Part shown: positions 10,543 through 19,681 of the stretch, piece by piece | Layout: the number at the start of each line of letters is the position of its first letter | How positions within the stretch are numbered: the first letter of the stretch is position 1 | DNA from: Corynebacterium sp. | GTDB taxonomy: Bacteria; Actinomycetota; Actinomycetes; Mycobacteriales; Mycobacteriaceae | Length of the DNA: 64,000 bases | Reading direction: 5' to 3' | Assembly (NCBI RefSeq): GCF_030826625.1 | Contig: NZ_JAPJNQ010000001.1 | Location: 36,187-100,186 of the forward strand | Made by a program: the position numbers and the translations under genes | The notes under the pieces: model-generated | The model's input: only the letters and a program-made list of their open reading frames with translations | Told to the model about the DNA's origin: nothing | The model's database searches: none

Positions 10543-10839
10543 ATGATGCAGATGCAGAAAGTGCTCGATTTTTTTGGGTTCACTTCACGTACAGAAGACT
10601 CAAATGAACAGCGAAGAAAATACGTCTTTGACGACCTGAGACCATCTCTCAGAGCTCTGGTCATAGTAGGATCGCTGGGTCTTGCATTGCTTGTGGGATG
10701 CATATCCCATCTTATTAATGTCAGTGCGGGTGGCTATAAGCTTATTCCTTTCTGGCTGTTTTTACTATCTTTTGCGGTTCTGATGAGACTAGGAATTCGA
10801 TTTTGCTTGTCTCTTGAACAAAGAAAAATGGGAGAATGA
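10543..10839 (+). CDS. Hypothetical small membrane protein with 2 predicted TM helices (about 95 aa)
   Basis: An AAGGGGAG Shine-Dalgarno lies directly before an ATG triplet cluster. There are two hydrophobic segments. It sits in the low-GC islet downstream of the tRNA, convergent with the AlbA_2 gene. Confidence 0.4.
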   Translation: MMQMQKVLDFFGFTSRTEDSNEQRRKYVFDDLRPSLRALVIVGSLGLALLVGCISHLINVSAGGYKLIPFWLFLLSFAVLMRLGIRFCLSLEQRKMGE

Positions 10840-10890
10840 AATCTTCAAGCAGGCTGCATCTCATAATGCACTTGATGGGGTGTAGCTTGG

Positions 10891-12633
10891 TTATTCTTTG
10901 GGGGATCGATTTATACGATAACGCGTAGAGCGCTGTCCTTGTCGACCTTCCATCAGCACGCTTCCGGCTGTTTGAAGTTGTTTGAGTGCATACCGAAGTT
11001 GGCCAGGACTCAGTTCTGGTATTGCCTCTACCAGCTCGGGGAATCTCATGGGTGCCTGGTTTAGCTGAGCGATGATAGCTGCGGTATTCGTGCCGTGCAC
11101 TGATGAAAAATCTGACGTTCTACGCTGCTGGGTACCTTTATCCCGTGGTGTCTCGTGTGAAGTATCTCGCGGACGAAGTACCCCGTCTTGGTAAGAAGCG
11201 AGCTTGAGTGAGCTTAGTTCTGTGAGCAGATCATCTGCTTCGGACTGCCCGAGTGGGGCAAATTGCTTCCGCATTTGTCCTATTGACCAAGTCGCGCCTT
11301 GCTCTAACGAAAGCAGTAACTCCATTTGAATAAGTGAGAGTTCTTGGTTGTGTGCGAGTTTTTGCGCGTGCTGGCGTTGTTCCGCGGATAATCGAGGCTG
11401 TCTACGGAAAATTACTTTGAATTGTGCGCCGTTATCGAAAAATTGTGGACGAGTGAGATTGCTATCTCGGCAAGCTCGCAAGATTTCGGCAATGCCACCA
11501 CCTTCGCCTTCGATCACCGAGCTGCCGTCTGAAGTCTTGACGTGGCGCATGAGATTATACAAACGTTGGTTGACTGCAGATTTTGCCAGGTCTGAGCTTG
11601 TTAATTGTTCGATGCTGAGTCCATGAAGCCCACCTGGGTTGGTGATGATGAGACGCTCACGAGTTAATCGGATTTCTACGCTTTTACCACCACCTAACGA
11701 GGCAGCGCTGAGATCGCGGTGAACCAACGCATTGGCTATCGTTTCTCTTATTGCGCGCAGTGGAAATTCGCTACGTTTTTTCATATGTCCACTGGCTTGA
11801 TATTCGTCGATGGTGTCTGCATTGCGCGCTACCCACGCAACTGCATCTTCCAAAAGATCTGGAACAGCACCCTCAAAAGTTTCGATATTACGGTTTCGTG
11901 GTCCACCAAATCCTTCTGGCATTCGCACTGCGGCTGTAACTCGTAAAGCCGGCTCGGCCGCTTGTGGGAAAAATCCGAGCCCGTACAGGCCTGAAACACT
12001 TAATGTACCGTCGGGAAGAATAACTTTCAGGGTACGTAGCAAATCCGCATCATTAACTACCTGGGACAAACGCCGAGAATACTGGCGAACTTCTGCTATA
12101 TATCGTGAAGTTAATTCACTATTCAAATCTGCGCGAGTAGTGCCAGGTACCGGTTCAGAATCTGTTTCGTGGCTTCTTGCTGCTATGAGTGATGCATTCC
12201 GGATGAGCTGCAAATCGTTCGCGTTCATTTCATAATCGCCATCGCTTTGCCTCAGATATGCTTTGCCACGGTATCTGGCCGGTTTATGCTCAGGTGATAG
12301 CGGATTTACGGTTATGGCTACCACGATTTTGCCATCGATAGGGACAACGTCTGAGAAAATTTGTGGTGCTGGATCGATGCTGCTCCGTGTTTGGGTTGTC
12401 ACAGCCTTGATTATTTTCGCTGGCTCATTTACTCCAGTGACACTGAAGTTTGTGCCTTCATCGACACCGAGCAGGACTGTGCCGCCAGTAGGCATATTCG
12501 CAAAGGCACAGATCGTTGTAGGCAGATTGTCTGGGACAGAGGAGCCGCGTTTTGCTTCGACATTCAGGAAGTCGTCGCCAAACTCCTGCATCTCGTGCAA
12601 TGTTTGAATTAAAGTTCCACTGTCCCATTTCAC
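10891..12633 (-). CDS. Schlafen/AlbA_2 (PF04326-like) + HATPase_c_4 (RecG-C-terminal-like) + tandem winged-helix protein; putative defence- or regulator-type ATP-binding protein
   Basis: The N-terminus LIQTLHEMQEFGDDFLNVEAKRG...VLLGVDE...IVVAITV fits the AlbA_2 pattern. The middle IRETIANALVHRDLS...IITNPGGL fits HATPase_c_4. The C-terminal wHTH segments are LSLIQMELLLSLEQGATWSIGQM and IIAQLNQAPMRFPELVEAIPELSPGQLRYAL. GC content is lower than the flanking genes. GTG start at 12633. Confidence 0.7.
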   Translation of the reverse strand: MKWDSGTLIQTLHEMQEFGDDFLNVEAKRGSSVPDNLPTTICAFANMPTGGTVLLGVDEGTNFSVTGVNEPAKIIKAVTTQTRSSIDPAPQIFSDVVPIDGKIVVAITVNPLSPEHKPARYRGKAYLRQSDGDYEMNANDLQLIRNASLIAARSHETDSEPVPGTTRADLNSELTSRYIAEVRQYSRRLSQVVNDADLLRTLKVILPDGTLSVSGLYGLGFFPQAAEPALRVTAAVRMPEGFGGPRNRNIETFEGAVPDLLEDAVAWVARNADTIDEYQASGHMKKRSEFPLRAIRETIANALVHRDLSAASLGGGKSVEIRLTRERLIITNPGGLHGLSIEQLTSSDLAKSAVNQRLYNLMRHVKTSDGSSVIEGEGGGIAEILRACRDSNLTRPQFFDNGAQFKVIFRRQPRLSAEQRQHAQKLAHNQELSLIQMELLLSLEQGATWSIGQMRKQFAPLGQSEADDLLTELSSLKLASYQDGVLRPRDTSHETPRDKGTQQRRTSDFSSVHGTNTAAIIAQLNQAPMRFPELVEAIPELSPGQLRYALKQLQTAGSVLMEGRQGQRSTRYRINRSPKE

Positions 12634-12662
12634 ACTGTAAAGAGTACAGTCACAGTGTGAAA
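12628..12662. promoter_or_regulatory. 11-bp perfect inverted repeat (tttcacactgt / acagtgtgaaa) overlapping the AlbA_2 gene start codon
   Basis: Read directly: tttcacactgt at 12628-12638 and acagtgtgaaa at 12652-12662 with a 13-nt spacer. This is an operator-like or RNA-hairpin-like element. Confidence 0.45.
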
Positions 12663-12848
12663 GTGTCTAGCACTCTCAGGGTGCTTGTGCACTGTGATGT
12701 GCACTGTTAGTCAGTAGTGTTTCAGTGTTGATGCCGGGATGATGCCTGGGTGTTTTTACCAGTGTTTTTGTGACTGTAGGCGTCTTCGGCGAAAGTGAGT
12801 ATTCTGATTTGCGAGTGACAATATGTCATCGATAGACCCTAAAATCAG

Positions 12849-12938
12849 GTCACAGTGTAAAACAACAGTGCAAAACTGGCTTACATTGTAAAACGCACAC
12901 TGTAAATTACAGTCTGAAAATTGCAGTCTGGAAACTGC
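12849..12938. repeat. Array of about 6 degenerate direct repeats (consensus ACAGTGTAAAAC) upstream of the AlbA_2 gene
   Basis: The units cacagTGTAAAAC, aacagTGCAAAAC, acatTGTAAAAC, acacTGTAAATT, cagtcTGAAAATT and cagtcTGGAAACT recur at 12-16 bp spacing. Further CACTGT/ACAGTG copies occur at 12619-12710. Confidence 0.45.
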
Positions 12939-13081
12939 GTTGTGGATCCGCAGCGTGAGCTTGGTACGGGCCGCGGCCGTGATTGCAGGGCCCGCTATAG
13001 CAAGCAGAAACCTCTAGCTAGTGGAGTTAGCTAGCAAGCCCCATCACCGGCGGCGCCCTGTTACTTAATAGTGAGCGGGTT

Positions 13082-14725
13082 TTAAGCCGACAGCTGGCGG
13101 GGGATTACCTTGCCTGTGGCGTTGCGCGGCAAATCATCGACGAAATGCACATCGCGGGGTACCGAGTGCTCAGCCAGACGGGTGCGCACCCATTGGCGAA
13201 TGTCATCGGCAGTAATGTCTGGGCCCTCAGGGTCTTTCACAATCCAGGCAGCAATGCGGCTAAACGTCGCATCATCATCAACACCTTTGGCGTAGTGATC
13301 AGCAATACCTGGCATCGTATCCAGCACATTGTCGACCGACGAAGGGTAGACGTTTTCGCCGCCGACGATGATCATTTCATCAGCGCGGCCTAATACGTGC
13401 AGCATGCCGTCGTTGTCGATATAGCCGAGATCGCCGATGGATTGCAGCATGCCGATGCGGTCCAGTTTGTGCTTCGGATTGGTGTATCCGACCATCGTGG
13501 TCGCGTTGCGCAGATAAATTTTGCCAATCTTGCCACGGGGGACTTCCTTGCCGTCGTCGTCCAAGATTTTTAGCAGGGTGCCGTTGGCGATGGAACCGCC
13601 CACGGTGGGGTCCTCGGCGATTTGTTGTGGTGTCGCGGCACTGGCCAAGGTGAGCTCGGTGGAACCATAAATATTAGCCAGAATTGGGCCGAAACGCTCG
13701 ATGGTATCCGCTGCCACCTGGGGAGTTAGCGCGTGGCCGGAGGAAGCGATGACCTGCAACGAGGAGGTGTCGTAATCCCAGGTGTTGTCGAGCGTGACCA
13801 TCGATTTATAGAACACTGGCGACGAGATCAATACCTCGCAGCGGTGCTCTTGGATATCGTTGAGGCAGGCTTCGGCATCAAAAATGCGCCGTGTGACCAC
13901 CGTGGAACGTAGCGCGAAGGCAATGTTGAGCATCGCCCAACCCCAAGTGTGGAAAATCGATGCTGTCATTTGGACGGTTTGGTTGGCTTTCCAGGGGACA
14001 GCATCCAGGATTGTGCTTAACACCGTGGGCAGTTTTGGCTCAGGCCGCGCAATACCTTTTGGCACGCCGGTAGTGCCCGAAGACATCAAGACGATATTGC
14101 CGTGCTTCGGAAAGCGAGGCAGCTTTTGCTCGATGTTGCGCTTGACGATCTCGGCTAAAGCCAGGTGCTCTCCGGTGTCTTCGCCGCCTTCGTGGCCGAT
14201 GACCACGTGCAAGTTGGTGGCGGCTGCAGAGCCAGGTTGCGGCAGGCGGTCTGCAAATTCGCTGTCGATGACCAGCACATTGATGTCGTTCTCTTCAATG
14301 CAACCAGCGAGTTGTTCAGATGAAGAACCAATATTGAGCAAATAGATTGTTGCCCCGGCATAGCCCTTGGCAACCAGCGGGGTGACGATGCCACGCCCAT
14401 TGCGTGCCATGATGCCCAGACGGATTTCGTCGACTGGCAGCTGATGTAGGTAACGGGCAAAAGTAGTGGCCTGTTGCTGCAGATCGCGGTAGGTCATGGT
14501 GCCTTCGTCGTCAAGCAAGGCAGGGCGATCCGGGCAAATGAGTGCCGCTTGTTCGATCTCGCGGGCAGTGCTTAGCCAATAACGCGCGACGATGCCGGGG
14601 GTGTGTAGCAGCGCGCGTGGGTTGTCGCCGGGGGCAATGATCCCGGTTCGCAGCAATGTAGGAACTAGTTTTGCTAGCCCCTTGCCGTTGGTAGCGAGGT
14701 ATTCCAGCCGGTCGCGCAATGACAC
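13082..14725 (-). CDS. AMP-dependent synthetase/ligase (acyl-CoA synthetase family)
   Basis: AMP-binding motif LMSSGTTGVPKG, plus YGSTE and GKV/I PRQ-type C-terminal motifs. GTG start. Confidence 0.8.
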   Translation of the reverse strand: MSLRDRLEYLATNGKGLAKLVPTLLRTGIIAPGDNPRALLHTPGIVARYWLSTAREIEQAALICPDRPALLDDEGTMTYRDLQQQATTFARYLHQLPVDEIRLGIMARNGRGIVTPLVAKGYAGATIYLLNIGSSSEQLAGCIEENDINVLVIDSEFADRLPQPGSAAATNLHVVIGHEGGEDTGEHLALAEIVKRNIEQKLPRFPKHGNIVLMSSGTTGVPKGIARPEPKLPTVLSTILDAVPWKANQTVQMTASIFHTWGWAMLNIAFALRSTVVTRRIFDAEACLNDIQEHRCEVLISSPVFYKSMVTLDNTWDYDTSSLQVIASSGHALTPQVAADTIERFGPILANIYGSTELTLASAATPQQIAEDPTVGGSIANGTLLKILDDDGKEVPRGKIGKIYLRNATTMVGYTNPKHKLDRIGMLQSIGDLGYIDNDGMLHVLGRADEMIIVGGENVYPSSVDNVLDTMPGIADHYAKGVDDDATFSRIAAWIVKDPEGPDITADDIRQWVRTRLAEHSVPRDVHFVDDLPRNATGKVIPRQLSA

Positions 14726-14996
14726 AAAATCACACCTTCAATAATCAGAACACAAAAATTAATGAGCACACGGAGCGGGTGGCAATAAGATTCAGACAAT
14801 AAAGCCTAGACATTAGAGCCTTGGGTGAGTCTGAGTAAAGCCGAGTGGCACCCGAGTAATACTTTTCATTTAGAAACTTACACCATAACTATCGTCACTC
14901 TAGTTAGTTTTCGTTACATCGTGCAGCACGCGAAATGAAACTTGCTAGTAGATGAAGCATCAGCGGCATCGAAGGCATTTCTGTAATATCAGGTAT

Positions 14997-16148
14997 ATGA
15001 CATATCAAGAAAATCTTATTGAAAATGATGATCAATCAAGCGGCGCTGCAGATTCACAAACCGTGAAGGGCGTCATTGCGCGTTCGAAGGGTGCAGAAGT
15101 CGAAACCGTCGACATTGTCATCCCTGCTCCCGGCGCACATGACGTCGTTGTTGCCGTGAAAACTTGTGGTATCTGCCATACCGATTTGGCTTACCGCGAT
15201 GGCGATATTGAAGATGCTTACCCATTTCTGTTGGGCCACGAAGCTACTGCAGTCGTCGAATCCGTCGGCAGCGAAGTTTCCCACGTCAAAGTTGGCGACA
15301 CCGTCGTACTGAACTGGCGCGCTGTGTGCGGCGAATGCCGGGCCTGCAAGAAGGGCCAGCCACGTTACTGCTTCGATACCCACAATGCTTCTAAGCCAAT
15401 GACGCTTGCCGACGGCACCGAGCTCACCGCAGCTTTGGGTATCGGCGCTTTGGCGGAAAAGACACTGGTACACGAAGGCCAGTGCACCGTTATTGATTCG
15501 GACGCCGACGCGGCTGCTTCTGGCTTGCTGGGCTGCGGCGTCATGGCCGGCCTCGGTGCGGCCGTGAATACCGGTGAAGTTACTCGTGGTGAATCCGTCG
15601 CTGTCTTCGGCGTCGGTGGCGTCGGCATGGCAGCTATCGCCGGTGCCAGCTTGGTGGGCGCACGCACAATCATTGCGGTGGACCTGGATGCGCAGAAGCT
15701 CGAGCGTGCCCGCGAAGAATTCGGTGCAACCCACACGGTCGATGCCAGTGGCAAGTCGGAAGAAGAAGTTATCGAAGCAGTCCGCGAGCTCACCGATGGT
15801 TTTGGTCCCGATGTCACCATCGATGGTGTAGGTATCCCAGCTACCACCCGACAGGCTTTCTACTCCCGCGATCTTGCCGGACGCATGGTCATGGTGGGCG
15901 TTCCTGGGCCGGATGCGAAATTCGAGATCCCAGCTATTGACTTCTTCTCTCGCGGTGGCGCGTTGAAGCCATCCTGGTACGGCGATTGCCTGCCAGAGCG
16001 TGACTTCCCGTTGTACGCTGATTTGGCTAAGCAGGGACGCTTCCCACTGGACAAATTCGTTGACGAACGCATTACCCTGAATGATGTAGAGAAAGCATTC
16101 GCAACCATGAAGGCAGGCAAAGTCCTGCGCAGCGTAGTAGAGGTGTAA
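14997..16148 (+). CDS. Class III Zn-dependent alcohol dehydrogenase, mycothiol-dependent formaldehyde dehydrogenase type (MscR/FadH-like)
   Basis: [12 protein letters not shown], the [12 protein letters not shown] zinc ligands, and a Rossmann GVGGVGMAA motif. It is followed by an MBL hydrolase as in Rv2259-Rv2260 and cg0387-cg0388. The start is uncertain (ATG 14997 versus an internal GTG near 15063). Confidence 0.75.
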   Translation: MTYQENLIENDDQSSGAADSQTVKGVIARSKGAEVETVDIVIPAPGAHDVVVAVKTCGICHTDLAYRDGDIEDAYPFLLGHEATAVVESVGSEVSHVKVGDTVVLNWRAVCGECRACKKGQPRYCFDTHNASKPMTLADGTELTAALGIGALAEKTLVHEGQCTVIDSDADAAASGLLGCGVMAGLGAAVNTGEVTRGESVAVFGVGGVGMAAIAGASLVGARTIIAVDLDAQKLERAREEFGATHTVDASGKSEEEVIEAVRELTDGFGPDVTIDGVGIPATTRQAFYSRDLAGRMVMVGVPGPDAKFEIPAIDFFSRGGALKPSWYGDCLPERDFPLYADLAKQGRFPLDKFVDERITLNDVEKAFATMKAGKVLRSVVEV

Positions 16149-16153
16149 CACAC

Positions 16154-16771
16154 ATGCGTATTGACCATCTAGTGACTTCTGGAAAGTTCAAACTCGACGG
16201 CAATGAATGGGACGTCGACAACAACGTCTTCATCGTCGGCGACCAGGATTGCTGGATCATCGACCCTTCGCATGAATTCGATACCATCGTCGGTGCCGTG
16301 GAAAACCGCAACGTCAAAGGCATTATTTTGACGCATGGTCACAGCGACCACGTCGATATTGCCCCGCAGGTGGCGGATCATTTCGGGGTGGAAATGTATA
16401 TGCACCCAGATGACGAGATGCTGTGGGAAGAAGCCAACGGCGATCGTTCATTCGCCCGTCTTGCCGACGGGGACACCTTCGACGTAGAAGGCAGCACGCT
16501 GAAGGTTCTGCACACCCCGGGACACTCGCCAGGTTCCTGCGTGTTGTACTGCGAAGACGAAGCAAAAATCTTTGCCGGTGACACCCTGTTTTCGGGTGGT
16601 CCGGGTGCAACCGACAAGAAGTACTCGGATTTCGGGACCATCATTGAGTCGCTGAAATCCAAGGTATTTACCCTGCCGAACGAGACCACTGTCATGCCAG
16701 GGCATGGTGATTTCACCACCGTGGGAGAGGAATTCTCCCACTTGGATGAATACATCGAGCGCGGCTACTAA
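16154..16771 (+). CDS. MBL-fold metallo-hydrolase (glyoxalase II-like)
   Basis: HxHxDH motif (ILTHGHSDHVD) and HTPGHSPGS. It starts 5 nt after the dehydrogenase stop, suggesting an operon. Confidence 0.8.
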   Translation: MRIDHLVTSGKFKLDGNEWDVDNNVFIVGDQDCWIIDPSHEFDTIVGAVENRNVKGIILTHGHSDHVDIAPQVADHFGVEMYMHPDDEMLWEEANGDRSFARLADGDTFDVEGSTLKVLHTPGHSPGSCVLYCEDEAKIFAGDTLFSGGPGATDKKYSDFGTIIESLKSKVFTLPNETTVMPGHGDFTTVGEEFSHLDEYIERGY

Positions 16772-16789
16772 GAATTAAATCAAAGCCGC

Positions 16790-16812
16790 AGGTCGCGTCC
16801 AGAGGACGCTTA
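16790..16812. terminator. Possible bidirectional hairpin between convergent MBL and ccdA genes
   Basis: gcgtcc-agag-ggacgc 6-bp stem followed by cttatt. The U-tract is weak. Confidence 0.3.
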
Positions 16813-17691
16813 TTGAGAGGCGTCAGCAGCTGAAGGTTCAGTATTGCTGGCGTCTTTTTCGTGGTTGTCGTCTTTTTCGTGCTTGTCGTCTTTTTTCCGT
16901 AGCCCCACGAACAACACGATGACGATGAGCACCACGATGGCGATGATGGCCAACGTCAGGTCAGACAAGTTTGCGAACTGCATAGCCCATTCTTGGATGC
17001 GTGCCTGAGCATCGGTACTCAGCGGCCCACCCCAGGCCGAGGTGCCGTGGCTGATGATGAACAGCACACCGATGGCGATGAACAACGCGCCGGAAATCAT
17101 AGACACCAGGTGCGTGGTGAAAGGGCCGATTGTGATGGGTTTCGGGCGCATCTTGGAACCCAGATCCAGTTTTTCCCACAACAGTGCCAGGATAAACAAC
17201 GGGATTGCCATACCAACGGCATAGGCAGCCATGATCGCTGCGCCGTACCACGCAGAAGCGGAGACCGCAGCGGTGGTCAAAACAGCGCCGAGCAAAGGGC
17301 CAGCGCAGAAACCAGCGAAGCCATAGACAGCGCCCAAGAAAAAGACCGCGCCGGGTCCAGAGCCTTTCGCCTTTGACGACAGGTTAGAAAATGGCAGGTT
17401 AAACCCGCCACCGAAAAATGTGTAAATGCCCAGGGCGATGATGATGATTCCGCCGACCAGGATGATCGTCGAACGGTGATCAACCATGAAAGCCCCAATG
17501 CTGCCCACACCAGCACCGATGGGTACCAGCACGGTAATCAGCCCGGCCAAAAAGATCAGGGTTTTCCACACCAAATGGCGAAGTGAATCGAAAGCATAGG
17601 CGAAAAACGCGGGTAAGAGCAATGCTGAGCATGGGCTAATCAGCGAAAGCACACCTGCTAACAGTGCACCAAAAAGACCTACTTCAATCAT
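16810..17691 (-). CDS. ccdA: Cytochrome c-type biogenesis / thiol-disulfide transporter CcdA (DsbD-beta family)
   Basis: Polytopic membrane protein with a conserved Cys in TM1 (LISPCSALLLP). The C-terminal KDDKHEKDDNHEKD tail is encoded by an 18-bp tandem repeat at 16851-16900. Confidence 0.8.
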   Translation of the reverse strand: MIEVGLFGALLAGVLSLISPCSALLLPAFFAYAFDSLRHLVWKTLIFLAGLITVLVPIGAGVGSIGAFMVDHRSTIILVGGIIIIALGIYTFFGGGFNLPFSNLSSKAKGSGPGAVFFLGAVYGFAGFCAGPLLGAVLTTAAVSASAWYGAAIMAAYAVGMAIPLFILALLWEKLDLGSKMRPKPITIGPFTTHLVSMISGALFIAIGVLFIISHGTSAWGGPLSTDAQARIQEWAMQFANLSDLTLAIIAIVVLIVIVLFVGLRKKDDKHEKDDNHEKDASNTEPSAADASQ

Positions 17692-17715
17692 TTATCCGTG
17701 AGAACCTTTCTTGCA

Positions 17716-18675
17716 CTATTGAGCTTGTGGGCCGACCGTCGTTCCGGCGCGCGGAACGGTGCCGTCGGCTACCTTCGCCAGCTGGCGGTAAACCTCGTCT
17801 TCGAAAACCTCATAGGGTTGTGCACCAGAGATGAAGCGGTCGCCGAGGATAAACGCTGGGGTGCCGTTGAGTCCGACCGAGGTGGCGTAGCTACGTGCCT
17901 GGCGCACGACGTCCTTGTAGGTTTCGTCTTCAAGATCTTTGCGGAACTGTGCGATATCCTTTACGCCGGCTTTTTCGGCAAACTCCACCAAGTCTTCTAC
18001 CGAATAACCTGGGTGTCCGCCGGTTTGGTTCTCGTAGGTGTTGTTGTAGAGCACGTCATGGAAGTCGTAGAACTTACCTTGCTTACCGGCAGCGCGGCCA
18101 GCTTGCGCGCCAACTTCAGCCTGCGGTCCATTGACCGGCAGATCGTTCCATTCGACGCGCAGCAGACCGGTGTCGACGAATTTCTCTTTCAATTTCGGTG
18201 CGGTCTCTACGGCGAAACGCGTGCAGAATGGGCACTCGAAATCAGAAAACTCTGAGAGCACAACCGGGGCATCGAGTGCTCCCATGGCGAATGGATCCTG
18301 TGCGTCACGACGGTGCACGTTGAGGATATCTTCGTTAGAGGTGATTTCTCCACCTGGTCCGACGATGTTGGCATTGGGGGACGTTGGGGAGGCGAAGTTT
18401 GTGCCGGGCTCGACCTGTTCGGCGAGCTCGCGTGCTTTTTCAGGGGAATATTCGCCACCCTGCATTCGGTTATTTGCTGAATCGGAGCTGCCAGAATTAG
18501 CAGATTCTGGGGCTTGGGGGCCGTGCATCGCATCCTGGTCACTTGCGCTCGTGGAATTGTCGTCGCCAGAGCGAACTACAGCAACAACAATGAGCACGGC
18601 CAGCGCCACTACCAGGGCGATTAACGTCCAGAGCAGTGCGGGCTTGCGCTGGAAAGCGTTGCGTGAAGAGGACAT
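17716..18675 (-). CDS. Membrane-anchored DsbA-family thioredoxin-fold oxidoreductase (CPFC active site)
   Basis: An N-terminal TM anchor, then SEFSDFECPFCTRFA with a CxxC motif. It lies immediately upstream of ccdA on the same strand. The ATG at 18675 has an AAAGG Shine-Dalgarno. Confidence 0.75.
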   Translation of the reverse strand: MSSSRNAFQRKPALLWTLIALVVALAVLIVVAVVRSGDDNSTSASDQDAMHGPQAPESANSGSSDSANNRMQGGEYSPEKARELAEQVEPGTNFASPTSPNANIVGPGGEITSNEDILNVHRRDAQDPFAMGALDAPVVLSEFSDFECPFCTRFAVETAPKLKEKFVDTGLLRVEWNDLPVNGPQAEVGAQAGRAAGKQGKFYDFHDVLYNNTYENQTGGHPGYSVEDLVEFAEKAGVKDIAQFRKDLEDETYKDVVRQARSYATSVGLNGTPAFILGDRFISGAQPYEVFEDEVYRQLAKVADGTVPRAGTTVGPQAQ

Positions 18676-18726
18676 AACAACCTTTGTCTATCGGGGACTG
18701 ACAGGCGGGTTGGGCCTGCGAGCACA

Positions 18727-19599
18727 TTAATCTTCCTGGGCTGCGCGCTTTAAATAAGTGCCATAGCCGGATTTGATTAATGGTTGCGCTAACTCTAACA
18801 ACGCAGACGCGCTAATAAATCCCTCTCGGTAGGCAGAAACTTCCGGAGAGCCGATGATTGCACCGGTGCGTTTTTGCAAAACCTCCACGTACGCTGCAGC
18901 TTCAGACATGGAATCAACAGTTCCTGTGTCCAACCACACATCACCGCGTTGCATGCGCTGCACCGATAATTGCCCCCGGTGCAGATATTCCTCATTGATC
19001 GCCGTGATCTCAAGCTCGCCGCGCGCCGAAGGCTTGATCGACTTGGCAATCTCGATGACGGAATTGTCATAGAAATACAGCCCCACCACCGCATAAGGCG
19101 AAGCTGGGCGGGTGGGCTTTTCCTCGATCGACAGAGCACGCCCGTCGGGGGCGAACTCGACGACGCCATAGCGCTGCGGGTCAGCGACTTCGTAGGCGAA
19201 GATGATCCCACCATCGGGCTGGTGGCACTGTGGCAAGGCGCCGGAAAACCCATGGCCGTCGAAGATATTGTCGCCAAGGACCAAGGCCACATCGTCGTCG
19301 CCGATGAACTCTTCACCGATCAAAAATGCCTGCGCCAGGCCATCGGGGCGCGGTTGAATCGCGTAGTCCAGCAGCAGGCCCCACTGGGAACCGTCGCCAA
19401 GCAACCGTCGAAAAGCAGGAGCATCCTGTGGGGTGGTGATAATCAAGATCTCCCGAATGCCAGCCTGGATCAGCGTAGAAAGCGGATAATAGATCATCGG
19501 CTTGTCGTAGATCGGCATGAGCTGCTTCGAAATCCCCTGGGTAATGGGGTAGAGCCGGGTGCCGGAACCGCCGGCGAGGATGATGCCTTTCATAGTCAT
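18727..19599 (-). CDS. rmlA: Glucose-1-phosphate thymidylyltransferase
   Basis: [18 protein letters not shown] near the N-terminus. Confidence 0.9.
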   Translation of the reverse strand: MTMKGIILAGGSGTRLYPITQGISKQLMPIYDKPMIYYPLSTLIQAGIREILIITTPQDAPAFRRLLGDGSQWGLLLDYAIQPRPDGLAQAFLIGEEFIGDDDVALVLGDNIFDGHGFSGALPQCHQPDGGIIFAYEVADPQRYGVVEFAPDGRALSIEEKPTRPASPYAVVGLYFYDNSVIEIAKSIKPSARGELEITAINEEYLHRGQLSVQRMQRGDVWLDTGTVDSMSEAAAYVEVLQKRTGAIIGSPEVSAYREGFISASALLELAQPLIKSGYGTYLKRAAQED

Positions 19600-19681
19600 C
19601 TATGTTGCCAGATCTAGGTTGCTAGATCGCATGCGCCACTGTTTTCGCACCGCCACCGCCAGGTTGGCCTGCAGCTGCGTA

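Noticed and set aside
12634-13081. Direct repeat of the tRNA-Thr 3' end (attL/attR-type island boundary)
   Set aside because: I searched by eye for gattccc / ttagatggctcca-like sequence in the islet's distal end and found none. The islet boundary therefore rests on composition and context only.
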